Positions 23,001 through 38,000 of a stretch of 64,000 nucleotides of DNA are shown piece after piece. Source of the stretch: Podarcis melisellensis (lineage: Eukaryota); the NCBI GenBank assembly GCA_964234715.1, contig OZ174276.1. One strand, given 5' to 3'. Under the pieces are notes generated by a model. It worked only from the letters and a program-made list of their open reading frames with translations, did not search any database and had not been told where the DNA came from. Positions within the stretch are counted from its first letter, which is position 1, and the number at the start of each line of letters is the position of its first letter. Position numbers and translations under genes: made by a program.

Positions 23001-26000
23001 AGGCTCTCAACCATTATGAAGTTTTTCCTCTACTTCCTTTTCAATTATCCCAGTAGGGAAGCAACCTCCCTTTGGAAAATGCTGAACCATAATTGTTTAC
23101 AGACTTACTAATATACAAGACTCAAAGGGCAGTAACATGAACAGTTACTGATTGTGTAGGAGACAGCACATCTCCTAAGAGATGTTGGTACAGTTAACTA
23201 CTTTGCACCAATTCAGAAACAAATCTAGACTGCTCCTACCTATTCAGATTATCAGAATGCCGTTTGGAACAGAAATTACCAATTCAAAACAGCACCTATG
23301 ATTCCCAGCTTCCCTTATGCACTAAGAAAACTGAACTTGTGCTCCTCTAACTAAACCTTCAGAATATGCAGGCCCCTTAGCAGCTCTTGGCATGTGAACC
23401 CAGAGCAGCCCCTTGTCTTTGACGCACCAAGAACCAAGCAAAGACAGAAGAGAAGCAACAATGAGTTTGCAGCGGAGTAGGTTAGATGGTGGAAGCAACA
23501 CAGAATGTGAAAGTACTTACAATGGCCTGGGCAGGACAGCCAGCAAGTCAGAAGGGAGAAAGAGAGGGCTGTTAGCATAGTGAGATTAGGGAAGTGAGGA
23601 GGAAAAGAGGTCTGGGCAGAAGGTAATGGTGATCATTAGAACAGGCCACAGGAGAGGGGACACAAGGCTCTCAAACTGGGGCAAAACTACACTTACAGCC
23701 TGCGAGTTCTTGCCCTCCCTCCCCCAATAGGCAACAAGCCCATAAACCTGAGAAAAAAGGTTCTTAGCCAAATAGCACACCTTTCTCCAGCATAGCTACC
23801 ATAAACTGCAATTTAGCAGCTCCTAAGACCCACAAGTGTAGCCTTATCGTGGAATTTGTATGTTCAAGGAATCTCTACCACCCACATTATAGCAATCCTG
23901 TCAAGCAGTAGTCAGTATCTGGGGATTAGCCCCACTTCTTTTTCATTGTTTCGAGCCCCAAGGTAATTTGGGAGGCTAAAAACTGCCTCTATACAGGCAG
24001 AGTTCCCCCACTTGATACACAGAGAGCACACAATCCTAGACTAGATGCTGCAACAAAGATCTCATACGGCCCAGCACCTTTGTTTTGTCTTGGTTTTAAG
24101 TCTCCATTGAGAAACTGACAGGTGGGTTTATGCCACCAGTTCCCATTACTGCCACCCTGTAAGGAGGTCCGGATTCAGGCTGAGTAGAGACCACCAGCCC
24201 CTGTGAAAATCTCCTTCGAAACCTCCCTGTGAGCCTGACTCTGACAAGGCCTCACAGAACACTCTTTTCTCAAGCAAACTCACATCTTCTGCTTTGCTTC
24301 CTTGCTCCTGGAGGGCCCGTTGCAGCTCCTCTACTTGCACCTTGAGCTCAGTGATCTGTTGCTGGCTCAGTCTGGATAGAGAGAAGGGCAAATCAAATTA
24401 AAACAGGCAAGAGAAAGGCCAGCTGCAAGCAGCAACAAAGCCCACAGGACTGTCAGTACAGATGGTGCCTAGAAAAAGGTACTGTGATAAGTAGTACACT
24501 TTCAAATGGCTTTGTTTATTTCTGAGCCAGGGCAATGAGAGGAGAAGGGAGCTTGCCCCTCACTAGTTAACAAAGATAAGCTAGGACAAAATTCTATTTT
24601 AAAAAAAATGTTAGTTTAACATTCCTAGTAGATGATGCAAACAGTGTTTGAGCTCAAGGACACTCGCCAGTTGACCTTGCAAACATGGTTTCACTTGATG
24701 GGCCAACAGTAAGAGTTTCCCCACTAGTTTTTAGAACAGGAGGTAGAATATTGCCTACCAGATAAGAGGAAGAACAGTGAATAAAAATAATCCAAATTAG
24801 TACTGCAAATTTCTTAGCTGGTCAAAGGTTAAGAGGGATTGGAGAAGGCAGGCTGGATCTCCTAAGACCAGTGGGGACAAACTGCAAACTTTCCAGCTTA
24901 TTGGATACCTTTGCTGTGCCTCTAGCTGGTTCTTAGTACGGTTAGATTCCTCCAGCAGCCCCTGCAATTCAGTCTGCTGCAGCCGATAGGACAGCTCTTG
25001 CGCACATAACATCTTGTTCTCATGCTGCAGCCGCACAATGGTCTCCCTGGCCGCAAGAAACACAGAATGTTACGATTATTAGCTGGGGCATTATCCAATG
25101 TTGTTGACCACCACCACTTCCCAGCCCAAACCCACCCACCCCCTGCTTCATGTGGGCCCATTCCTGACTCTTTCCCCCACTCCCAACCCTACAAGCTGTA
25201 CTAAAAGGCTGAACAGCTCATAGAGAGGATGCAATCTCTAGAACTGGGGGCCAAAGCAGAGCAATGCATATTGGGATAGACAGTATTCATAGAGATTACC
25301 GTGCTGTATTATCTAGCATATACATTAGGAGGATTCACTTAGAGCCTGACCTTTTAAAGAATTCATCTCATGGCTGTATAAAGCAGAAAACTGGGGTACA
25401 GGCTTAAGCAAACAAGCTGAAGGTGATCTTGGGATGACACCTGTTTCATCTACAATATCAGAAAAATAAATCCAGGATAGCACCCCCCCCCACCACTTTC
25501 TCTTTATCACCAAAAGGACACCAGGGTAACATTGACTCCAACTTCTGGCTGATGGAAGTAATCAAGTATAATTATGAATAACAGCAAGTCCCCAATTTCA
25601 AATAAGCCCCATAGGCTTTTGCCTTTCTTCCTCCAAGACAGGATCCCCAAGGGGGCAAACTTTACTTGAGTTCTGCTGGCATGATCTCAGCTGCTAAGTT
25701 ATCCACAGGAGAAGCAATTTCTTCTAGGATGGTATCTGCAAGGGGGGGGGGGAGAGAAACAGAAGGTACATTTATTTTTACTCTGGCTTTCTACCCAAAG
25801 GTGCAGGTGTTGTTGGAGGAGAGGAGCCAATTGTTCCTAAATACTACCTTGCTATAAAGCACAACCCTCTAAGATGGGATCACTCAAGCTTTCGATGTCA
25901 CTTGACCTAGCCAGGGCTGGACAACTCATCTACCCTGAGTTGGAGCAATAAAAGTGCAGTTATGGGTCCTAGAAGTATTAAGCAAAACATGGTCCACACT

Positions 26001-29000
26001 GGCATCTATCACATCAAGAGAAATACACAGGAGAAGAATGAAGGCTGAGAAAAGCCACACAGAGATGGGAGGTGAAACCGGTAACCTCACTTCAGGCAAC
26101 AGCCAACCATAACACAAGGTCTTCCCCTACAAGCTGGTTCAGGCAACCGAATGACAGACCAAGCACACACACCGGCTGTAGGCAAAGCTCTTGGAGACAG
26201 GTGTGTGAGATCCTATCAGGCTTAGCCTAAAATTTAATTTATATAATTTCTTTACCACCCTTCATTAAAAGAGATCCTAGGGTGATTTACATATCAGAAC
26301 AATTAAGATCACAAATCACATAATAAACATTAATTAAAATAAAACAGTAAGAAAAGTTGTTCCGTATAGCTGCTCATAGAACTGTAGAGTTGGAAGGGAC
26401 CACAAGGGTCATCCAGTTCAACCCCCTGCAATGCAGGAATCTTTTGCCCAACGTAGGGCTCAAACTCATGACCCTGAGATTAAGAGTCTCGTGCTCTACC
26501 GACTGAGCTATCCGTCCAGCTTATAAAAACAGTCCAATCCATTAAAATCCTACCCTCTCAGCCCTCCTGTGGCTTCCAAGGAAGCTAACAGATAAGGGAA
26601 TCCCCCTGGACATGCCTGCAGAAAGTTCTTAAAAATGAAAACGACAACATTTAATTCATTTATTTTTACTGCACCCTTCCATCCCAAATGGAATCTTCAG
26701 GTGTAAATAATCATAGTAAAAAATATAAAATACATTTGCAAAAAAACAGCCGTAACAACCAAAAAGGAATCGCAAAAACAGAAGCACAAAGCTCAATCAG
26801 CAACTAAATCAAATCAAAGGACATTTCAATAAAATAAATGTCCAAACAATATGCTCTTACATCAACACCTAAACGCACAAAGAAGGGTCTAGCTGGATTT
26901 CCTGCAACACAAAAATTCCATACTCTGGGCACCACCACCAAGGTGGCCCTAGCCCCTGGCCCACCCCGCTGTGCATTTCAGATGGAACAAATCTCCCCTA
27001 ATGATTGCAGCATGTAGGCAATGTCCCCATCTCTCACTGTGGCTCTTCGGGTATTAACAAATGTTAAATGTAGTAGACTGCTAGTTCACTATAACTTGGG
27101 TGCACTTGTCCCTGTCAACACAAAGACAAGTCCCTTTTCTCCTTAACTTCCAATCTTTGTTCTGAGGCAGACTTTATTGGATTTCACTGGGGTGGGGAAG
27201 ACTTCTGATACTCACCTGCTTGGTTTAGGAATTTCTGCTGCACCTGAGCACATCGCAGTTCTTCATTGGCTTCCCGTAAGGCATCCCGCTCTTCAATCAG
27301 CCTCTAAGGAAAAAGGGTCAGGAATCACTCCAAGGAAAGGACCACTTAAGCTATGGTGGGCTGATGCCTTATTGTATACTACATTGTCCAAGTAGCAGAA
27401 ACTAGATGCTACTCCTGCCAGATTTATCTATTCTTGCCACAAGACTAGTAGAGAATCTCAGGCCACATGCAGCCTTCAAGGCTCTCTGACATTTGGGACT
27501 CGCCCCACATGTTCTCCAGGCCTGCTCTGTGCCCTCCTTTACCAGGCTGGAACGAGCCATTGAACTGTGATAATGGATGGGTAGATAGGTGGTGCATTTG
27601 TGTGCATATATAAAAAATCTGTATGGACATACCTATATCTATACATACCCACCCACCACCAAGCTCGAGCTTTTGCGTGGCCAGAATGCAGCCCTTTCAA
27701 TGAAGAGAGAAGTCACATCCATTGCTTCACCCACTTTCCCCTCTGGCCCCTCCCACACTTGCATGCAACCTCCACAAGGCTGCCCATCAGAGGATGGTTC
27801 CTCAAGCTGAAAAAGCTCCCTCACTCCTAGACTAGGCCTTCACCTGCAAGTCAAAGGAAAGACTCATCATCCTCTTGTGGTACAAGTTCTGCATTACCTC
27901 TTTTTCTTTTACCAGGGCCTCAAACTTCTCCTTGAGGTTCTTGAACTCAAACTGCCATTTCTCCGCCTTCAAAGCCTCATCTGCATGTTTGCTGTGGAGC
28001 TCTTGCACCTGGAAGAGGGAAGAGTAGGAGCAGGGGTTTGCTGTGCTTATGATCTTTGCCCTCCTCTCCTGCTGCAAAGCAATCAGCAACGCTGCTTTTC
28101 ATTACAGGTTGTCTTGAATCTATGTTTAGTATTGAAGTCCTCCCAAACACCAAGAGTACAAGACTGTTTGAGACAACAGTTCTGCCTGCAAAGCCACAGC
28201 ACAGCTCCAGCTACCAGGTCAATCCTGGTCAAATGGGTTTTGCCTTTCTGGCTCCAATGGTGCTCCAATCTGTCTTTAGGATTCCTTCAGGACAGAGTAT
28301 TATTGCAAGTGCATTCTGAAGGCTGCAGTCTGCTCAAATGCATTCTCTTATTAACACCAACTCACCTGTCTCTTATGTGCCTCCAGCTGCACACGGACAG
28401 CATTCGCGCGCCGAAGCTCCTCCTCCAGCTCACAAGTGCGCTGCATGTAGACAGTGTTTCTTTCCTCAAGCAGCCGAACCTGCCGCCGCAGGTCACCCAG
28501 GTCTTCCAGCTTCTTCTTGTAGGAATCCACCATAGCCTCCAGCCGTCCCACCTTGTCTGAGGAGTGACTGCAGAACAGCAGGATATAGATATAAGTATAG
28601 GTATCTTTTGCAATTTTTAATGTCAGGTAACTCTGACTTTATTGGATAAAAAGTGGAGGGACAGAAAGTAACTCTACTAGCTATAGAACAGTGTTTTTCA
28701 ACCACTGTTCCGTGGCACACTAGTGTGTCGCGAGATGTTGCCTGGTGTGCCGTGGGAAAGATTGAAAAATTCAAAAGATTTAAAAATAAAGTATTTTATA
28801 ATTTTTCATATTTCTGTTTACTTACTATTTCATAATAAAGTAATTATAAAATACTTTCTTTGTGTTTATTTGATTCCTATTCAAGAGAATTACTTTATAT
28901 ATAGTCAATATAGGCACAGAGTTAATTTTTTTAACATTTTCTAATGATGGTGTGCCTCGTGATTTTTTTCATGAAACAAGTGTGCCTTTGCCCAAAAAAG

Positions 29001-32000
29001 GTTGAAAAACACTGCTATAGAAAACTACTGTGTAAACAGGAATTGCTGCAGCAAGGTCAAAGGGTGCCAAAAACTGAAACAATGGATTAGCAACAAGTAT
29101 CCCATGCATTTTAAGGCAAACATTCTAAGTTGGATCGTTGCAAACAAGTTACTGTATAGTTAAATGGCAACTGTCCTTTGCTAGTTTGAACACAACAAAC
29201 AAATAGTAAAGCATTCGATTCCCCACTTCTCCTTCCAGCCACTGGGATGTGATAGAAGAGGACGCATGAAAGCCCAAGGCTTGCTGATGCTCTTTTACAT
29301 CACATGAAGTTATGGGTCAGTGCATCTATTCTAGAACTGAAGCACTATGTCTACATTTCTGTGTGAAACAGTCCAAAAACATGTTACAACAAAACTTGAC
29401 TTTGCTTTAATGTGTAGCAAAAAAAAAAAAAGAAAGACATCTGTGTGAAGTTACCTAACAGCATGCTTTGTACGAAACTCACAAACACAAGAAAAGGAAG
29501 ACTGGTAATAGTGAGAGGCTGCAATGAATGCTGTTCCAGCACAGAAACCCATCCCCCTAGAACTACTAACATTCTCAATTAAACCAAATTCTTTACACAC
29601 AAGCTGCCCCGCTTCCACCCAATTCCAGATAGTAGAGATTTTGATTATTCAGCAGTACTAATTGGATTCCAAGTAAGAAGCCACATTCCACATATTCACT
29701 CAAAACTCCTGGACTAATTTGCTTCTGCTTTTCCAGAATTTCAAGCACTGGAAGAGAGACAGCATTCATCGGGGCTCCAGTGTATAGGCATGAGCCACCC
29801 ACAAACCCTCTGGTGGGACTGTCAACTCTTCTCCATAGCTGCATTCAACCATCTGTGGCTGTTTGGGAATCTGTTACTCTGCCTTTTCAGTGGCAAAGAT
29901 CACCGTGTTAAACTTAAGGATGTGTGCAAAAATGGACTGTCTACCTGAGTGTCCAAATATGCAGAGAAGCAGACCTCTGTTAGTCAGCAGCTGCAGTGGG
30001 AGGTTTGCCTATACGGCAACACAGCACACCTGAGACCCAAGATTCACAAATGTGGAGTTTTGACACACAGCAGGCCCAGGCTGGACCATGGGCTGCTTCA
30101 CAAGCCGTAACACATAACCAAAAAAATAAAAGGGTATATTCACAGTTCTTGCAGCCGAGGCATTGAGGCACACTCACCGCAGCACATCCATCTCGTCTTT
30201 CAGTGCTTGGGCTTCCTCAGCCAGGCTGGTCAGCTCCTCATTGCGGTGTTGAAGCTCCAGCACTTCCTTTTCCAGATCTTCACAGCGCGCTCGGAAGTCA
30301 TCTCTGCTGCTTTCCAGCCTGGCCAAAATACATCTAGTTAGCTAGACTTGTCTTCTAATTATTCTCTGGACTCCACTGCCTTTGGGCACATTGTCCTGAG
30401 GGCAATATAACCTCCCCATCCCAGTATCTGCCTTACCGGAAGTTCTCCTCTTGCAGCTGCTCTATCTGGGTTTGAAGCAGAAGCAACTTCTTGCCAGTGA
30501 GCCCAGCAGCATCAGACTCAAGCGAGCTTTTCTGTTCCCGGAGACTCTTGTTCTCTAGCAACAAAGTATTTTTTTCTTCCACCAGGATGGAGATCTGAGA
30601 GAAGGGAGGAGGAAGACTAGTTTCTAGGAGGTGGCCAAGTAATGGAGCTCTAAGTCCAGCTAAGAACTTTGCGGATTCTACCAGGTCCTTCGTAAGCCCA
30701 ACCAGCCTGTGACATTCAACCTCATTCTACTAGGACCCTAGAAAAAGGGGAGAGCGGAAGCATAGCTCCTTAAGTCTTGGCTGTTCACTTCTTTCCCTTG
30801 GCTTTAAGAAGGCTGAAGAGAATCCTGCTCTCCCACTCTCTATCAAATTGCTACATGTAGCCACAAGCAATCAGTTCCTTTTGCTGCTCTAGCAGACTTG
30901 TCCCCAGATTTTGCAAAACTATGGAACCATACAGTGGGTAACAGAGTAGGCTTAACAGACATTTGCATGCATGTGCAAAATAATGTCTACAGCTGGCCTC
31001 CTGCCCCAACACGCACAGCAGCCATTAAAATTAGCCTCATCAGGACTCCTCTTGCACCAGCTCATTTGGCGGGAAGGAATTTTTTATCATCCACGCAGGT
31101 ACTACTAAAGCATGTGTGAGCTACTGAAAGGAACTGCTAGCAAGCAAGTTCACTTCCTCTCTCTGCAAATCTGGCAGACTTTTTGCCAAGGATCCATGCT
31201 CCCTGAATGGAAGCGAAAACTTCATTACAGGCACCTACAGACCTGCTGCAGGGATCCAGAATTGCTATGAAGATTAAATGCTGCCAGATGAAGAGGCCAC
31301 AAAAAAAACCCTCAGCCTGTATATACATCCCTTAAACCTAAGTGATTCCAGAATCTTCATATGCAGTTTAGAACCTAGAATGCGGAAATGTGGATTTGTA
31401 GCTGTATTAGTACAGAGTCTGAAAGCACTTTTAACTCAGGCCAGGCCCAACCCTGCTTCTGTACTGGGTGCAAGCAACTCCTCCAACACTCTCAAGCAGT
31501 TGTTAACTTGTCAACATGGCACATGCTCATGCAAGGAGGTTAGGCTGGCTCCACCAGGCATGGGGCTCCACTGCTGGGTGAGCAGGTCTGTTATCATAGG
31601 CAAGAGCATGGGAAGAGGGAAGACACTCACCTTCTTGAAGGGGGCTGCATCTCCAGGGGCACTTTAGCACCTTGGAGGAGTAAAGGGTTTGTTTTTGTAA
31701 AGGGAGCGAGATCAGCCTATCCTTTCTCAGGTCCCCCACAACCCACCCTTCCTGAAATATCCGAAATCTCCACAGCTGCACTGTCTGCTCTTTAAATTTA
31801 GCCCCTCTGCCAGAGATCAGTCTAGGCCATATGGCTTTAATGGGTAAAAGGAGGCATACAGTCCAGGACCACTGAATCCAAGGTCAGCCCCAGAACTACC
31901 AAGCTGGTGTTGTTCTTCGTCCACAGCAATCTCAAAAACAATGAGGGAAAGAACAGCTGTGCATTAGGAGGAGGGACACAGACTCGAACACCACACCACA

Positions 32001-35000
32001 CTGCAGCCAAGCCCAGCTCTCTCCATGCAGCCCAGCAAGCTCACACCATCCACAAAGAACTGCATTTCCCACCCCACCCCGGAAACTGGACTGCATGAGG
32101 GAGGAAAGGAAGGCAGGCCCTCACCTTGCCTTCATATAAGGAAAGATAGAATATCCAAATGCCCAGAAAAGGCCCAGTCCCCAAACACCACCAGCTCAGT
32201 GCACATAGAGCTGTGCAATATGGAGAGGCAGGCAGGGAGGGAAGGGGAGAGAAAGGATGGTAATCAAGATAGAAGTTCAGAAAATAGCATGTCAGGACTC
32301 CTGCAAAATTCCAGCACAGAATATATACCAGGGGTGGGGAACCTGTGGCCCTCCAGATGTTATTCGGAATCTCTCATCAGCCCCAGCCAGCATGGCTAAT
32401 GCTCAGAGGTGACAGACAATGCAGTCAACCAAACATTATGAGACAACAGGTTCCCTACCCCTGATATATACTTCCCCATAACTTCTGAGGAAGGGCAGAA
32501 CCCACTGGAGACCTGATGGTGCTCATATTTTCCCACTGTTCCTATGAACAGTCTCCTGGCTTCCACCATCTGATGCACATTCTTTTAAGTCCACAGCAAA
32601 CAGAGCTGGTTTCCACCTCCAATATTCTTGGCTCCCAAGAGGCACTCACCTGCTGCTCTAGGTCATGGCAGCGCTGGCGCATGTCATCCGTCTCCTCTAG
32701 GTCATCACTGAGGAAGTAATACTTCCTAGACTACAAGGGAAAACCGGAAAGGTACAAGCAGTCAGTCAGTCAGTCAGTCAGTCAGTCAATAAAAGTCTAT
32801 ATACTACCACAGACACTGAGCAAGGCAAGCCACTCATAGCAGCCCAAGCCTAGCCTTCTTCCTTCACATTACCTCATCTGGCCCCACAAAAAAGGGGACC
32901 TCTTTCTCCATTCCTGCTCAGCCTACATTGAATTTGCATCATTAGGGGTTATGCCGCCCACCCACTCTTAATATATATCACAAGTACCTGGCTGTCAAAG
33001 TTCCCATAAGTCTCTGAGCTCAGCGTGTCCGATGAATCTTTGTTTAAGAGCTGCAAAAGACAAGGAGGTTTGGTAACTGGTCACATAGAGGTGACTCACA
33101 GAACTTTCTAAGCCCTGTATTCCAGGAAGCAGGCATAGGTTAACTAGAATATCTTTCAGAACTTTCATCTAATGAGCACCAGGCCTGGCAGCAGGGAGTG
33201 GGCAGGACTTGGCGGGGGGCAGGGGCAGGGACTAGCACGAAAGTATCATCATTACCTGGGAAGAGGCAAGATCGGTTGAGAATGAGGGGCACTTCCTGAC
33301 CAGGGAGATCATTAGCAACACAAAGCAAGCATCCAATTCCGGAGCCTAATGGCTTCACACAAGGCTGCAGGACACAGCTGCACTCACCTCCTGTATTGCT
33401 GTCATAACAACATGCTGCACAGACTCCTCCAGGGTCATGATCTGCTGGATGTGATCTGCAAACAGATGAGGCTGGGCACTCAAGTTACTCTCCAACTAGT
33501 TCCTTCCTCCTCTGGCCAGATTCCCTCCCCTGCCCCAAATTATGCAGCAATGAGGGTAGGTACAGCCTCCAGGAGTGGGGCCCAAATTTTGGTGAAGTAT
33601 TTTTGTGGGTGTGGCAGAATGTCAGATCTCTGTCTGTCTGTCTCTCACTGCACCCTCCTTCTGTCTCAAACCGATTTAAGAGGCTGATATCCCAACTAGT
33701 ATCAGGGGTGAAGAAAACCGAGAGGAGAAAACCCAAGGAGAAAGATTGGAAGCTCCAGCTTAAGGAGATTCTGAAGTTCTATGAATGAGGCAAGAGCCAC
33801 CTGAATGGAGAGGACTAATGAAGGGAAGCTAAGTCCCTGTAAGCAGGACAGCAATGCCACAACAAATGGGGCACCTGCTTCCTAGTCCCCACCCACCCAC
33901 GGTATGTAAAACAGCCATTGCAGAGTCATCCTCATGGCACAGATGCCCATAAAGCTCCACTGTGACATCCCCCCATCGTAATTGTCATTTGCATACATAT
34001 ACCTTGCTTCCTCTCACAGCTGATGGCGCAGCCCAGCACCAGCTGCAGTAGCTTGCCCAGCTCAGCTGTGTCAGACACTTCTCCAACCAGAGCTACATCA
34101 GGCAGCAGCTGCTCCGGGACTTGGTGGCCCAGGACCTGAGAAGACAGCAGCGGATATAGCTTCTGACAGCCAGCAGACCTTTCACTGTTGTTGCTGCCAC
34201 CTACCTATTCCACCTATCTCACTGCGTCTGTGACAGCAATTGGCCTGGGAGAGGACAGGTTACTTTTCAGTATCTTTATCTTAGGTTTGAAATCTGCCAC
34301 TTGTCCAGCACTAGTCTGTGGCAAGCCTCCAAGTGACCAAACAATGGAGCTTTTGAAACTGCAACAGCCTCTGTCAGTGGGCAATAAGTGACTTACACAG
34401 GCATGTGAGGAAAGGTGAATAATTTTTTTAAAAAAATTATGGGCTAGTAACTTGGGTGGACTTGTTAGCAAGACTGCCTGTGCTAAGGAGCATTTACTAC
34501 TACTACTTATTACACTTCAATCCCATTCTTCCTCCAAACAGCTCAGGGTAGCATATATAGTTTCCCCACTGTTTTATCCCTGTGAGTGTATAGATTAGGC
34601 TAAGAGGTAGACCCAAAGTCACCACCCAGGAAGGTTGGAGTTAATCAGGGATTTGAAACAAAATCTCCCCAGTCTAAGTCTCGCTTGCCACTCCACTCCA
34701 CTGGCTATCAACTGTGTCTTGGGAGTTCTGTACACAGAGAAAGGCACATCCATAGAAAACCAATAACATTTACCCAGCATTTCTAGAGCAGAGCTATATC
34801 TATTTCTATTATTATTTATTATAATTATTCAATTTATTACCCACCCTTCACCAGCAGGTCCCTGGGCAGACTACAACAATCTAAAATTCAGTATTAAAAC
34901 CAGCTAAAACTAATTACCATCAAAGGGATAGGTGGGTCCTGGAAAAAAAAGAATGTTAGACTGGAACCATGAGCTCCGTCTTTCAGTGATGGCTTCAATA

Positions 35001-38000
35001 CAGCCAGGCTGAGTGATTGTCAGAGTTTTGTCCCTTAGCATTCACCTGCTTCTCTACTGCCTAAGCAGAGACCCTTAACTTTCATCGGAGGCTTGGGCCA
35101 TGCCCTGAAATACATCACCACCATGCCAGCAAAGCCAAACCAGAAAAGGTACTCACATCCTGGGAGTATTCAACCACACTCTGCAGGACCTTCTTCAAGT
35201 TGCTCACCTGGAGGCAAGATGGGAGGATGAATGAAGATAAATGTGCAGGTTTGTCAGAGTTCTGAGACCTGTCATTCCCACTGTATTTCCCCTTTCCAAA
35301 GGCCATACAGCCAACGAGCAAGACTCTGCTATTTCCCATGCTGGTATGGAAAGGGGGGGAAAAAAGCTGGTCATGCTCAGTCATCTTCAGAACTACTCTG
35401 ATGGGAAAGAAGAGTCCAGGGTTGATGCAGTACAGGCATCCAATTGGGGTGAAGAGCCCTTCCTACCAAATCCCACCCTCATCTTCAAATCACAAAGCTG
35501 GCTGATCAACCTAAGCCAGCCAAGAAACCCTGAAAATTGAACAACTCTGCTTCCAAGGTATTGCTAAGTCAGAGTCTCATGACTTCTGGAGTTCATTTAT
35601 TGGCAGTATTTGGGACTGCTAAGCATCTAGGTCTTAGAGACCACCACTCAGCCCATTCTCACTTCATACCTTCAGCCTCCAGTTGTCACCGGCATCATCT
35701 TTAATCCTCAGGAGCCAGGTTTCATTGAACCAAGATGGGTCTCTGGAAATGAAAACCATAAAGCTGTTGCCTTTGGTTCCGGGGTGGAAAGCAAACTCTG
35801 AGCAACTTTGTGATCTTGCACATAAGCTTTGCGAAACAGATTCCATAGTGGCTTTTCACCAGTCTAGAGTCAAGCTCTGCTGTCTTCTGTCTCACAAACA
35901 GCTACATTCACATTGTCCCAATGTGACAAAGAAGGCAACCACAGGAGCTTTCCCGCTGCTAAGCTGTTGTCTGTCCTTCTCTAGTATCAAACTGTCAAAT
36001 TAACTCATCAGGGAGGGAATTCTGATTTCTGGCAGCACAAACTTAAATGGTCAACTTGCTAACCAGGGACAGAGAACAAAGAGAGATTTGTGAAGGAGTG
36101 AGGGGAGAATTTTGCCATGCTGATCATGATAACTCTTGTGAACACTCATTAAGATAACCACCACGACACTCACATTTTGTGCAGCACCTGGGCAATCGTG
36201 ACCCCGCTGGCCAAATCCTGTTCTTTGGCACATGGAGATGGAACATGAAACGTCTGCAGCTGGAGGAAACAAATCAAATCAGCACGTGAACACTTTAGGT
36301 GCAAAAAATAGTGAATTCTTGGATCTGGGAACAGAGGAAGCCCATTCTGAACCAGTCTACAGAGGGACACCACCTGAAATCTGTCAGGGCTGCTGGTGAC
36401 AGTGTTACTATCAAAGAAGAAAAATACACTTTTTCTGGATAATTCATCTAATGGGAATATCTCCATAAGAATGAAAACTGTGGAGTTACAAAGACTCTTG
36501 GCTGAAGGTGGCAACCCTATGTAGGTTTAGGTGCACTTAGGCTCCATGATTAGACACCGAGATCTTTAAAACCAAACTTGAAAATCTATGCCAATAGATA
36601 AGTCTGCTGCTGCAAGACAACAGTGCCTGCCACACACATGCACCCCCCACACAATGAGCTCGGCACGAGTACTCCCACATGCCTGCAAGGCACTGATATA
36701 CACAATGAATCACTAAGCAGAGGCAGCCCAGCTGTCACGCTCACAGTCAGGGCATCCTTGAGCATAATGAAATAGAAGTCTTCCAAGCTACCTCCTGCCT
36801 CGAGAGCAGCTACAGGATTTACACCCAGGAGATTTAGGAGTGGCCTTGGTCCTCTCCTCCAACATGCACACAGTCATCCCTGCTTGTTTTCCCATGATTT
36901 TAACCTTGCTTCCTCAATTGCAACTAACAGGCTGAAACAACACATTAAGGTTTTCATATTAACCAAAAAGATCACCAAAACAAGTAAGCTTTCCGTCTTT
37001 GAATTATCTAGTCCAATTTGGGGTTTTCTACAGGGTTGGATATTTCTCTTACCTACCTCACTATTAAACAACACTCTGCTTTTGATTGTTAATGTGCCCT
37101 GTTTGGAAGATTGTGGCTACACTACATCCAGTGAATGCTACAAACACCCCACCTTCCACTGTATTTTGGGTACCTCCCCCTTAAAATTTCATTTGGTTGA
37201 TGTCCTAATTCTTATGGTTCTCAACTGAAACAGCTACCAGTAAGTGGCAATACCTTAAATTGGATTAGGTCCTATTTGTGTCAAATTATCAGTCTCTCAA
37301 GTTACACTGAACTCTCAGTCCTGCAGAAATCAGATCCCATAGCTCTCTTATTCACTGGAATCAACATGTTTAGACCAAATTTACATTTTAGGAAACCATG
37401 TGTGGCTACCTTCTCCAAATTGTTTACCCCTCTTAATAGAAGTCCCATCAACTACCTGCATGACGTAAAGTACTGATGTTTTTCCTGAGATACTGCAACC
37501 CATATAAACACAAGTATCAGGCCTCCTTTAGTGTCAGCGACTGACATTGGACCTCAGCATGCCTAAGAGTAGAAGGGTCTCTCCTGCTGGGGGCAACAAA
37601 AGACCCTTCCTTGTTAGCTGAGAACCCCCAACAGCATCTGTGGACTCAGACACGGGGGTACTGAGGAAAAACAGTGCTAGGGCTACTCAATTCAGCGTAA
37701 ACAAAGACTCCTGTGTTTTTAATACTTATGCAGGAGAGACAAGCTTGACAGGTTCAGCTCCTCCTCTCTTACTGTTGCAGTGCTATGAAAGTCTGATCAT
37801 AACAAAATCCTTCCTTGTATGACAGCTGTTGCATATAGAATCTAGAAACAACAACTCCAGTATTTTCTGCCCTGGGCAGAGATAGAAGCATCCGGCATCT
37901 TTGGCATGGTGGGTTAGAGAGAAGGTGATTAGCAATGGAAGAACAAAGTCTTCTCATTACAGCTATTAGTGATAAACAGGACATAGGGCAATCTAACCAG

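Noticed and set aside
26435-26515. tRNA-Lys(CTT)-like sequence on the - strand
   Set aside because: The T-arm/B box is mutated, the acceptor stem is broken, it is fused to a CR1-like tail and a second copy sits at 52689-52826: a SINE head, not a tRNA gene
27877-28560. 227-aa + strand ORF
   Set aside because: Antisense shadow of HOOK2 coiled-coil exons 11-12; Leu/Gln-rich with no independent support
31631-32135. Alternative coding N-terminus ATG AAG GCA AG (32135-32125) spliced to the 40-nt exon and exon 9
   Set aside because: The phase would fit, but the joined frame reads AGG TGC TAA, an immediate stop
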